Source: a virus. Taken from it: DNA of 64,000 nt. Every line of letters begins with the position of its first letter. Positions within the stretch are counted from its first letter, which is position 1. A program made the translations under genes and the position numbers. The notes beneath the pieces were generated by a model that was given only the letters and a program-made list of their open reading frames with translations, had not been told where the DNA came from and did no database searches. This document shows, piece by piece, positions 20,999 to 29,590 of the stretch. The stretch covers positions 18,433 to 82,432 of IMG/VR virus record IMGVR_UViG_3300012359_000028; one strand, 5' to 3'.

Positions 20999-21409
20999 TC
21001 AGTCATTTTCAGGTCGTGCTAATTCACCGTATACTACAGTTGGCTCCGATTGTCCATCAAAAACTTCTTCTTTGATACTCCACCTTCCGCCTCGTGCTGG
21101 ATTCGCAGCAATCCATCGGGCAGCACTAGGCCGAGTCCTGCGAACAATTCCAGTCGATGTCGGAGGTCCGAAATCGTTTTCAAAATTCGGTTCATACATA
21201 ATGCGGTACTGCTTTTTCTTCAGTGGCTCCGGCTTCTTGACTACGAATCCATTCGAAGCTGCCATCGCATCGAGGAACAGATTCAATTCATCGCCGTCTG
21301 CCTGAAATGTTACAACACGCCCAATATCCGTTGGGGTAGGTTCGCCAATATACCACTGTCGCCAACGAATTTTCCCAAGAGGTGTCGCCCTCATTTGAAT
21401 TGCAAGCAT
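20999..21409 (-). CDS. Hypothetical protein
   Basis: GGAGG RBS; 136 aa. Confidence 0.5.
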   Translation of the reverse strand: MLAIQMRATPLGKIRWRQWYIGEPTPTDIGRVVTFQADGDELNLFLDAMAASNGFVVKKPEPLKKKQYRIMYEPNFENDFGPPTSTGIVRRTRPSAARWIAANPARGGRWSIKEEVFDGQSEPTVVYGELARPEND

Positions 21410-21505
21410 TAGTATCCTCCGCGATTCTTCAATCTTTCTTAAGAGGCTTGCTTATGGCAAGCAACAAAATCAATAGCGCGAACACACCAATTCCGATAAG
21501 AGTTC

Positions 21506-22402
21506 TCATTGTGGCAATTCGAACCCGAGTCCGACGCGCTCAGACCATTCACGTCGCTCGTCGGTTCTTGAAATCCATTTCACATAGCGCTGATGCACGT
21601 CTTTTGCCGCATGGCCTGCCCAAAAGTAATCCAGTTCAGTCGGAGTGCTCTTCACCGCAACCTGAGTCAGTCTAAAACGCCGGAAAGCATGGAAGCCGGT
21701 GCTCGGGATGAGCCTGTCGAGACGTTTACGCGCCGCCCCCTCCCGACTGGTAATCAGAAAACCGTTTGCTGGAATCACTTTGAGCAGAAATTCATTCAAT
21801 GACGGGCACAAATCGACGATCCTGCGCCCGGCTGCCGTCTTTACAGGCCCCAGGTCGCCCGCTTCATGCCGTTGAACATCAACCGTGATCGTCCGATTGG
21901 ACGGGTTCCAGTAGTTACCGGGGCCGTTTGGAAGAGTATGTACCGCTAAAGCCTCACCGATGCGGAGCCCGGAGCCCGCTAGCAAGCCCCAGAGTAGCCT
22001 ATCATCGGGAGACCCCTCTAGAAACGCCTCCTGTAGCGTTTTATCGGCTATCACAGGGGTGTTTTGATCGGCCGGAGACAGTTTGGGAAGGTCCAGGAAC
22101 GACTTATTCCAGGTCCGAGGGTAGATTTGATTGCCATTTTGGTCTACGGCGGAGGCTATAACCCCCTTAAAAACGTTGAAGATACCCTTGACCGTGCTGG
22201 CGGCCAGTTTGTCGCTGATCGGACTAAAAAACACTTTGGCAGCGGCATTATCAAGGTCTAACAACGCCCTGGAGCCCATTTGGGGTAGCAAATGAGCGTC
22301 CAGATAGGACTGATAGGCGTCCAGGGTGCCGGAACGCCGAGGTTTGCGGTTCATTCTGAGCCCGCGCATGTACTCTATCGATTGATCAGCGAATGTTGTC
22401 AT
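21506..22402 (-). CDS. int: Tyrosine recombinase/integrase
   Basis: Catalytic residues present: GLRIGE (R), KT (K), GFHAFRR (HxxR), AGH, QRY (Y). Confidence 0.9.
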   Translation of the reverse strand: MTTFADQSIEYMRGLRMNRKPRRSGTLDAYQSYLDAHLLPQMGSRALLDLDNAAAKVFFSPISDKLAASTVKGIFNVFKGVIASAVDQNGNQIYPRTWNKSFLDLPKLSPADQNTPVIADKTLQEAFLEGSPDDRLLWGLLAGSGLRIGEALAVHTLPNGPGNYWNPSNRTITVDVQRHEAGDLGPVKTAAGRRIVDLCPSLNEFLLKVIPANGFLITSREGAARKRLDRLIPSTGFHAFRRFRLTQVAVKSTPTELDYFWAGHAAKDVHQRYVKWISRTDERREWSERVGLGFELPQ

Positions 22403-22408
22403 GCCCCA

Positions 22409-22437
22409 ATCCTACCGAAAATGAAATGTCCTGTCAA
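22409..22437 (-). promoter_or_regulatory. Sigma70 promoter, leaderless integrase transcript
   Basis: TTGACA-17 nt-TAGGAT, then 6 nt to ATG; no SD. Confidence 0.7.
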
Positions 22438-22526
22438 GTCCTATTTTCGGGAATTATCCACTTGAGTCCCTCGATTTCGGCCCTTTCAACCTCAATGCCT
22501 ATCATATACCGTTGAATTGAATAACT

Positions 22527-22961
22527 TTATTCTTCAAATTCCGAAAGATATTCTCCGACTTCTTTGATAGTTTCTCTCAAAACTTTCATTTCTTTAGGAC
22601 ACATCTTAACCCAACCGGACCAATCTTCTTCTACCCTCTCGATAGCAGTTCTTATGCTTTCTAGACGAGTGGTAAGGGCACCAATTATATCGGCGTTAGT
22701 TTTTGCCCGGACCGGGCGGGCAGGCTTTAGCCCCTCCGCTTCAAGATGAGCCTGAATCCAGCGATAGGCATTCTGCCTCGGGATATTCAGGTCGCCCCAA
22801 ATTTTAGTTATCGGAACGTGAACTTCTCGAAGTTTTTCTTGCCAGTCGTAGCATTTTCGACCGAAGTCTAGACACCGTTTTTCAGACTTCTGACAATCAT
22901 CCCATGCTACTTGCAAATCCTTTTTTGCCGCCGCTACAACTTGTTCCGCATCCTTACTCAT
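22527..22961 (-). CDS. IS passenger: HTH/coiled-coil protein
   Basis: WGDLNIPRQNAYRWI is HTH-like; ATGA overlap with the upstream gene. Confidence 0.5.
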   Translation of the reverse strand: MSKDAEQVVAAAKKDLQVAWDDCQKSEKRCLDFGRKCYDWQEKLREVHVPITKIWGDLNIPRQNAYRWIQAHLEAEGLKPARPVRAKTNADIIGALTTRLESIRTAIERVEEDWSGWVKMCPKEMKVLRETIKEVGEYLSEFEE

Positions 22962-24178
22962 GCGGCCTCCTTGCCCACAAATTCGTGACTGTAACAAATT
23001 CTTTTACTATCCCCATGATAATCACTAAAGAGTGCTTTATGACCCTCTTCTTTAGCGGCTTTGTCTCTCTTTGTCTTATCACTTATATCCAGTCGCTCTT
23101 TACGATATTTGCAGGTGGGTATCCACCCCGAGTTTTTCTTGTCTCTGTAACCCCCGAAGCGAACATGTGCTGTTTTTGAAAAATATCTTTTTCCCTGGTC
23201 AAGATAGAATTGGGCGATAGTGTCCGAAATTCTTGGTCCGATTCCTAACCCCTGAAAGTCAGGTAATACTACAGTGCGGTGTTCTCGATATGCCTTGCGT
23301 TCGTCCGACCCCCTTTGGAATTTGAAGTTCTTACATTTACACCCTTTACTGACCGGCGTTTTCCCACAGTCCTTATCTACATGCCCGTGTCCGCAATCCG
23401 CACAATTCCGTCCACCTATCGGTTGTGCTATACTAGAAACGAAACCGACTATTGTTTCCGCCTGTTCCCCAAACTGAGCAGTTGCCAAATAGGAATGGCA
23501 CGACTGATTCAGATCGGGAGTCAAATAGTGATGACTCGCAAACATGGGCCAGATACTACGTTGGCACGGATAGAGTCGGAGTTTGATTTTTGGCCGCCGA
23601 AGTGACCTCCCATCGTGCAAAATTCCTGTCACCGTATCAAAATACCAGTCGGGACGCAACCATTCTAAAATATCATAGTGGCAGGAAGCGAAAACCAACC
23701 CATGAAAATTCTGATTATCGACATAACGACGTACGGCAACCGACGCAGCCTTTGCTACGTTCCTATCAATCACCGATGTATATTCGTCTATGACCGCTCC
23801 ATTCTCCAGTTTACGAGCAAGGTTTGCCCGAAACTGCTCGCCGTTAGATAAAACATGAAACGGTTTGCACCATGAGGGGACGGAGTTAAGCCCCACCGCC
23901 ATTAAGCGATCTATGGCTTCAGCCGGAGTCGAAAAATGGGAGACAATCGCTTTTGTGTCGCTCCATTCTGGTTGGGCTTCCGTTCCGAATTGTCTCAGAA
24001 GCAAAGTTTTTCCGCTTCCGCTCGGGCCTAGAATCAAGCCTATTTTGAAGTCCGACGGCACTTCTGGCTTTTCCCAACCTTCAAAGACGGACTCTCCTAT
24101 GAAAGCATAATCTAATGCTTTGGCAACTTCATCGGTAAACGTATCAGTCTTTACCTTAATTTTGTAGAGTGGTCTCAT
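22958..24178 (-). CDS. IS passenger: ABC-type ATPase fused to GNAT acetyltransferase
   Basis: Walker A GPSGSGKT, signature LSNGEQFR, Walker B VIDE, H-loop SCH. C-terminal HHYL and RTVVLPDFQGLGIG (GNAT motif A). Confidence 0.85.
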   Translation of the reverse strand: MRPLYKIKVKTDTFTDEVAKALDYAFIGESVFEGWEKPEVPSDFKIGLILGPSGSGKTLLLRQFGTEAQPEWSDTKAIVSHFSTPAEAIDRLMAVGLNSVPSWCKPFHVLSNGEQFRANLARKLENGAVIDEYTSVIDRNVAKAASVAVRRYVDNQNFHGLVFASCHYDILEWLRPDWYFDTVTGILHDGRSLRRPKIKLRLYPCQRSIWPMFASHHYLTPDLNQSCHSYLATAQFGEQAETIVGFVSSIAQPIGGRNCADCGHGHVDKDCGKTPVSKGCKCKNFKFQRGSDERKAYREHRTVVLPDFQGLGIGPRISDTIAQFYLDQGKRYFSKTAHVRFGGYRDKKNSGWIPTCKYRKERLDISDKTKRDKAAKEEGHKALFSDYHGDSKRICYSHEFVGKEAA

Positions 24179-24725
24179 ATGCTACCTCTTTTGAAAATAT
24201 CCGATGAGCAAGAGCCTCTAATTCTTCTGCGGCACGAATCATACCTTCCGCCTGAGCACGATAAGCATCTGCATCCCCGAACAAGTCACTGGCGTCGGTT
24301 GCTAGGAAGTACCCTCCGTCTAGTGATCGGACGGAACAAATTGGAATGTCTTTTTCGGCAACCAAATATGCCTTGGCAAAGCGAAGTTGCCGACGATTCG
24401 CTTCGCTATCCTTAAACCCCATCGCTAGTAAGACATCCTTAACTAGCATTACGGACGCTTTCCCTTGTCGAAGAACAGTTGGTAATTTTTCAATATAATC
24501 TTGACGGGCAATAAATTCTTCGCCTGTTCGCTTATCTCTCCAAACAATTTGCAATGGCTTCTGCTGAGGAGCGGCTCTTTCGACGGTTTGAATTTGCTCT
24601 GTACGTATGCCTGGCCATGCGGCGAGGAATTTGATTTGAGCATCTTTTTCATCGGCACCTTCAAAGGGCCGAGTTATCGACTTTCCAAGTGTAGTGGAGT
24701 GATAGGTGATATTGAATGACCCCAT
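24156..24725 (-). CDS. IS passenger: putative winged-HTH protein
   Basis: RRQLR...L...IPICS...GGYFLA pattern typical of phage wHTH proteins. Confidence 0.5.
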   Translation of the reverse strand: MGSFNITYHSTTLGKSITRPFEGADEKDAQIKFLAAWPGIRTEQIQTVERAAPQQKPLQIVWRDKRTGEEFIARQDYIEKLPTVLRQGKASVMLVKDVLLAMGFKDSEANRRQLRFAKAYLVAEKDIPICSVRSLDGGYFLATDASDLFGDADAYRAQAEGMIRAAEELEALAHRIFSKEVAYETTLQN

Positions 24726-25255
24726 TTTCCAATAGTCTCCTTTGTAAGTTGCTCATATGTAATTCTCTTTCCTACAACAACATCCACGAAACTATCCAAT
24801 CTCTCGAAAGTATGCCGCTGCACTCGGCCCGCATTGAGCCGAAATGTAAATTCATTCACATAGCGTCCGAGATGCTTCTTGCTGGCATGATGATAGACCC
24901 CATGCAATCCCCTCTTCATCACTGCCCAAACACTCTCAATTGAATTTGTGTGGACATCGCCACGAACATATTCTCCAGTGATGTGCTTCACGGATTCGTG
25001 CTCAAACCCCTCTCGTTTCAAAGCAACGTAACTTCCAAAATCGTCGGTCATGATTCGAGAACCTGCCGCCACGTTCTTGTGAATCGCTGCTCGCAACTCC
25101 CGACCGCCCGTGCTTTGGATCACTTGAGCCACGACATTCCCGCCACGTTCCCGCAACCCGATGACGGCTGCTTTCTCTGACCGTTCTCTCGGCTTATGGA
25201 TTCGGTCCCACATATGCCGACTATCCTCTCTTCCGCTCAAATAAGTCTCATCCAC
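24674..25255 (-). pseudogene. IS1595-family transposase, N-terminally deleted (DDE domain only)
   Basis: VDETY, MTDD, HTNSIES...KRG..GVYH..SKKHL.RY..EF.FRLN motifs. Begins directly at the inverted repeat and lacks the Zn-ribbon and HTH. Confidence 0.85.
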
Positions 25256-25275
25256 GAGTCAAGTGGATAGTTCCC

Positions 25276-25860
25276 CTATTTTCCACCCGTCGTGCCTTCC
25301 TCGATTTCTTTCGCAACAGCATCGAGATTACGGAATTGATCATCCTTATGCGCCGCTTCGGTAAAATTAATTTTTCCGTCAACATAGCCAACAAAAATCT
25401 GAATACGCGCCGCACGGATTGCAGCACGGTCAACGAAAGTAGGTGTGACTGTTTGCTTTGTACCGACGCGAATGTGCTTCGTATATTTTCTCTTCGGTGT
25501 TACAGTAATTGTAGCTCCCTTCTGTGCTTGTTCGGCAACATAGGAGCCGACTTTTTGAGATGCAAGGGATACTGCATGCTGGCCGGGTCGAAGCACGACA
25601 GTTTCGCCGACATGATTCTCAACGTGATATTCAGTTTTTCCCGTTACTACGCCGCCGTTCCCGCTGGCGGCTCCTGCACCGGCTCCATGAACGTGCGGAA
25701 ATTGTCCCGTTGTAGGGTCCAGGTCGATCACGCCGTCAGATACCGGGGTAAAGGTTACCGTTGCTGTCGGAGTTGGGGTCTCTTCTGTCTTCCCACCGTG
25801 CTTTTCAGGAAGTTCTACTCCTTGTGATGCTACTGCTGTTTCAACTTTCTTTTTACGCAT
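25276..25860 (-). CDS. Hypothetical protein
   Basis: AGGAG RBS; its TAG stop lies inside the IS target duplication. Confidence 0.55.
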   Translation of the reverse strand: MRKKKVETAVASQGVELPEKHGGKTEETPTPTATVTFTPVSDGVIDLDPTTGQFPHVHGAGAGAASGNGGVVTGKTEYHVENHVGETVVLRPGQHAVSLASQKVGSYVAEQAQKGATITVTPKRKYTKHIRVGTKQTVTPTFVDRAAIRAARIQIFVGYVDGKINFTEAAHKDDQFRNLDAVAKEIEEGTTGGK

Positions 25861-25868
25861 GATTTCTC

Positions 25869-26099
25869 CTATTCGGATTGAGATGATTTCTTCGTTCGGG
25901 GCCGATATCCGCCGCGTTTTGATTTCGATTTGACGACGGTGACGTGCTCGACCTGCTCGATTTTCACTTCGACACCTGCTGCTTTCAACGCATCAAATTC
26001 CTTGCGGGCATTGGGATAGACAGTTCGAATACGATGGAATGTATCGGAATTATCTTGAAGCTGACTCACTAGATTTAACAACTGTTCGAGATTCTCCAT
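25869..26099 (-). CDS. Hypothetical protein
   Basis: AGGAG RBS; basic C-terminus. Confidence 0.5.
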   Translation of the reverse strand: MENLEQLLNLVSQLQDNSDTFHRIRTVYPNARKEFDALKAAGVEVKIEQVEHVTVVKSKSKRGGYRPRTKKSSQSE

Positions 26100-26247
26100 T
26101 GTTTTCTCCTAACTTTGAAATTCGTCCCAAATGGGTTGAAACCAGTCCTTAAATGATATGGACTCTATCGGATTTACGTCCTTAACGTAAGGCCAACTGA
26201 GATCACTGCAAATTTCATTTCGTCGTGAAATTTTTTCGTTCATATGT

Positions 26248-26652
26248 TCATTCATTGCTCATCTCCTGAATGTCGAATTCGCCGAATGGCAGTCGAGTCG
26301 CGCCGGGTAGTATTGTGTTCATCCAAAATGCTCCCGGCTCATTGCAAGAGTGGATTACAATAACCCGTTGGGACCGTCGCGTCGTCAGTCGGCCATTCAG
26401 GAAATCGACAACTGGTATCGAATTGATAGTCGAATTTTTCACATTTCCCGGCCCGAGATCGAAGTCCAGGAAAATAGCATCAAACATCTCTGGAACCATC
26501 ACTCGTAAATGGTCAACCGCTAGATCAGGGTCTGCCTGATGGTAGACAATCTCATGCGGCATTTTTTCGAGAAACCATTTGATGCGCTCTTCATTATCCT
26601 CGACGATATAGACGCGACCGCCCTTTCGAATTTGAATAACTGGTTTCGTCAT
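26248..26652 (-). CDS. Cyclic-phosphate-processing receiver-like domain protein
   Basis: IVEDNEER...IFLDFDLG...IHSCNEPGA..M matches the phage stand-alone receiver pattern LDHDLG/IHSxNxxG. Confidence 0.7.
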   Translation of the reverse strand: MTKPVIQIRKGGRVYIVEDNEERIKWFLEKMPHEIVYHQADPDLAVDHLRVMVPEMFDAIFLDFDLGPGNVKNSTINSIPVVDFLNGRLTTRRSQRVIVIHSCNEPGAFWMNTILPGATRLPFGEFDIQEMSNE

Positions 26653-26930
26653 TTGTTCATCTCATGTTTGGTAAGGGGTCGTACTTGTGGTTTGTACCAA
26701 TAACCATCAGTTGTCTGGATGGCCGTGTCATCAATTCTCTGTATTTTTCCGTAGCGATTACGTGGCTGCAACGGACCCTTTGGCAGACAAATTACTTGCC
26801 CTACCCAAAATTTTGATCTGGATTTAGATGGCATTAAACTAACTCCTCCATGATGCCGAGGACTTCGGCAGTGATCAGAATGCCAGCAGCTATGGGAGCA
26901 ATGTATGCCAAAGCACCATATCCGACAATT

Positions 26931-27356
26931 CTAATCAGACTCTTTCCGAGCGATATTAAAAGATGCTTCTCGGGGTTTGGGCTCTGTTGCTTGGGCAGAG
27001 TTTCCTTTTCCGACATTGAGTTCCTCCAATTGATTGACAAGATCACGCGCCAAAGTTCTAATTTCTGTTCCTTCAGCACCATCACGGATAAGCCGAAATG
27101 CTTTGATGGAGTCCGCAAGAATTTCGCGGAGCCTTCGATTTTCTAGAACAAACTTTTTATTCGATTCCCAAAGATTGTGTCGAGCCTTTTTGACCCACTC
27201 AACACAGTAATTGGGGTCTCTGGCAAATTCGCTCCCACCAGGAGTACAGTCATTTAGTGCTCGACGCCAACGATCACGATCCTTCTCCATGGTATGAAGA
27301 TCATCCCATGCTTGTGCTAACTGCGGGTTGACGAGAGTATCTCCGGGAACGCTCAT
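26931..27356 (-). CDS. Hypothetical protein
   Basis: TPGGSEF..DP..C motif; ATGA coupling with the upstream gene. Confidence 0.5.
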   Translation of the reverse strand: MSVPGDTLVNPQLAQAWDDLHTMEKDRDRWRRALNDCTPGGSEFARDPNYCVEWVKKARHNLWESNKKFVLENRRLREILADSIKAFRLIRDGAEGTEIRTLARDLVNQLEELNVGKGNSAQATEPKPREASFNIARKESD

Positions 27357-27499
27357 GCTTCTCCGCCGTCGTCAAAATCTTCATCAAATCCTTCAAACGG
27401 TTCCGGCTCGTAGGGAGGCGCAGATATTGCCAGAACTTTCTTTTTCGCCTCGCGAGTTTTCACCGTGGATTTCTTCTTTGCTTTCTTTTTCGCTGCCAT
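27353..27499 (-). CDS. Small protein with basic N-terminus and acidic C-terminus (48 aa, not in ORF track)
   Basis: AGGAGG RBS; MAAKKKAKKKS...FDEDFDDGGEA*. Confidence 0.55.
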   Translation of the reverse strand: MAAKKKAKKKSTVKTREAKKKVLAISAPPYEPEPFEGFDEDFDDGGEA

Positions 27500-27517
27500 A
27501 TTACCTCCTAATTAGTA

Positions 27518-27907
27518 AGTGGGGCCATCTTTTGGACAGCCCCACCCGGCGACTAGGCTGCCAAAGCCGCAGGCGCGAACGTATCGAAGGACTCGAACGT
27601 CGGCACCAGGGACTTTAGAAACCCAATCACCTTAGCCAACATGGTGTTGACTTTTATGATTTGGTACACTTTTATACGAGGTGTCCATTCTCGGCACGAG
27701 CCTCCCACCACTAATCTCATCTGTCGAAGCCGGGTCAGGCCCGCAGAAAAACTTCTCAGCGAGAAGGTATTGGTGGACCTGGGGAGAGTCGAACTCCCGT
27801 CCAGTTGAGTAGCCATGGGATATTGACATGCGTAATCTGGAGAAGCCAGAAACTCCGGTAACACGGTTTGATACGCCTCCACCACTGGACTTTTTGAAAT
27901 CATTGTA
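27518..27907 (-). ncRNA. ssrA: Circularly permuted (two-piece) tmRNA
   Basis: Acceptor piece ends GACGGGAGTTCGACTCTCCCCAGGTCCACCA (CCA at 27771). After a 28-nt spacer the coding piece starts GGGCCTGACCCGGCTTCGAC at 27742. G3.U70 pair, pk1 and a tag frame ending ALAA* are present. Outer ends are approximate. Confidence 0.92.
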
Positions 27908-27913
27908 TTCGTG

Positions 27914-27942
27914 AATATAGCAAAAATCACTTCAGTTGTCAA
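27914..27942 (-). promoter_or_regulatory. Sigma70 promoter for tmRNA
   Basis: TTGACA-17 nt-TATATT. Confidence 0.75.
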
Positions 27943-28561
27943 GTAGTTCTTCAAAGAATTTTTCTTTACCGAGACCGTCACACCAGAAACACACTGGCGG
28001 TTCCTCTGGGAAGTAGAGATTGTCGCCGCATATAGTGCATACGCCTATCGGTTTCGCCCATAATTCTTGATGGGTGAAGGATTCGTGTCGTACAAATCGT
28101 GCCAGTATGTCGCCGGGCAAACCGGCCCGCGTAATTTCTGTTTTACTCGTCCAGTAAACCGGGATTTCGCGATAGCATGTCGGCTCATACTCGGGCTCGA
28201 TTTCGTCCCCTTCTTCATGTTGTGCTGCAATCTTTGAGCGCTCTTGTTCTTTCTTTTGGAGTTTCTTTTGCTCTTTGGCAAACTTTCGGAGTTCGGCGTC
28301 GCGTTCTTCGATTGCTCGTAAATGATTGTAGGCATCCAGCGCGGTTCTCGTGATCGTAATGCCCGGCGAAACTCCCGCAGGATAAGTCTTCTGAAGTTTC
28401 GTGAGCGTGGCAGCCTTCGTAGTGCGCCATATCCACGCCGGAGGTCCATCAGTAGAAAATCCCGAGGCATCAGCAAGGTCCTTATCACTTTGCCACTGGT
28501 CGCCCTGACTAAACTGTGCTTCGAATTGTTTCTCATTTTCATTCCAGAGAATTCGCATCAA
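27932..28561 (-). CDS. Hypothetical protein with C-terminal Zn finger
   Basis: CTIC...CFWC and a coiled-coil segment. Confidence 0.55.
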   Translation of the reverse strand: MMRILWNENEKQFEAQFSQGDQWQSDKDLADASGFSTDGPPAWIWRTTKAATLTKLQKTYPAGVSPGITITRTALDAYNHLRAIEERDAELRKFAKEQKKLQKKEQERSKIAAQHEEGDEIEPEYEPTCYREIPVYWTSKTEITRAGLPGDILARFVRHESFTHQELWAKPIGVCTICGDNLYFPEEPPVCFWCDGLGKEKFFEELLDN

Positions 28562-28998
28562 AAGCCTTTGAAGCCTCCGGGTCCTGAGTCCTCACCTTTT
28601 TTAATTTCTTTTGCTTTCTCTAGATCAGCTTTCCATTGTTTGTGGGCCGCATCAAACCATTCTAAAATTGTGCTGAAGAATGTTCCTCGTTTAGTTTGTC
28701 GCAAGGCCGAATCCATATCGTGGCAGAGCCAGCAGCAAGAACCAAGTTCCGCAATATAAAATCCACCGTTATCTTCGAGCGGATATCGACATTCAGGGTT
28801 CGCGCACAGTTTCAGGTCCAGGAATTGCAAATCAAGATTTACAAGATTTTCTTGAATGATCCGACTTTCGGTAGCGGTTAAATTCCTACCACTCTCTTGA
28901 TGAAACGGAAATACAGCCGGGCGATTTTCGCAGCGATAGTCCAACTCATGCGCCCATCGGTCAAAGTCAGCTTGCTTCTCTCGCCTACTCAAAGTCAT
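28558..28998 (-). CDS. Zn-binding hypothetical protein
   Basis: CANPEC...CWLC; GGAGG RBS. Confidence 0.5.
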   Translation of the reverse strand: MTLSRREKQADFDRWAHELDYRCENRPAVFPFHQESGRNLTATESRIIQENLVNLDLQFLDLKLCANPECRYPLEDNGGFYIAELGSCCWLCHDMDSALRQTKRGTFFSTILEWFDAAHKQWKADLEKAKEIKKGEDSGPGGFKGF

Positions 28999-29164
28999 TC
29001 TTTCCTCCGCGTCGCCACAAGAACACGACGAGCCTGTTCCTGCATCTGTTTCAGCAAATCCAGGTTCCCGGCGTAGGCATTCGCTAGACTTGCCAATTGT
29101 TCGGCGTCCGCTTTTAGAGCAGTCAATTCGGCCTTTACTCGCGTTAGTTCTATTGATTCATCGA

Positions 29165-29590
29165 TCATGATCGAAACTCCTCTCTGACCTTCATCAAGAG
29201 TTCTCCGAGCCGATTTTTTCCATATCCGTTGTAAACGCCCCAGTATGTATCACCCCACCAGTTTTTCTCAATCAATCGTTCATTATCGGTTTTAAGTAGT
29301 AGAGTTTTCAACTCGGGATCAGAAAATTTCGCTCGTAAAACTTCAAGCATGACTGTTTCTTTGATGGTGCTCCAATCAGGTTTAAGATGTTTCAGTTTTT
29401 TGGGACTCCCGAAATGCTTTGCTTTAGCCGGAGTAATCGAACAATAAATAGCTTCTCGTTCTGAATCATCCGTTGTCTTTTCCGACTGGTAGACATGCTC
29501 AGCCGAAGGAAGCACCATTCCTTTCCACACAATCGGCCAGCAATAGAAGTTTGATAAAAATTCGTATTGCCCGTAAAATCCATTTATCAT
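29165..29590 (-). CDS. NADAR (YbiA/RibX-like) family protein
   Basis: FLSNFY, SAEHVYQSEK, AKF...LLKT...LIE...DTYWG...GKNRLGELLMKVR. Confidence 0.9.
   Translation of the reverse strand: MINGFYGQYEFLSNFYCWPIVWKGMVLPSAEHVYQSEKTTDDSEREAIYCSITPAKAKHFGSPKKLKHLKPDWSTIKETVMLEVLRAKFSDPELKTLLLKTDNERLIEKNWWGDTYWGVYNGYGKNRLGELLMKVREEFRS

Larger units (their letters stand above)
22449..25275 (-). mobile_element. IS1595-family (ISNwi1-like) element with passenger genes
   Basis: Terminal inverted repeats GGGAATTATCCACTTGAGTC / GGGAACTATCCACTTGACTC (18/20). Flanking 8-bp direct repeat CTATTTTC at 22441-22448 and 25276-25283. Contains an IS1595 DDE domain. Confidence 0.9.

Noticed and set aside
27553-27981. 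142-aa ORF ending in ALAA
   Set aside because: It runs through the tmRNA promoter and structural RNA; only the last 32 codons are meaningful, as the tag frame.
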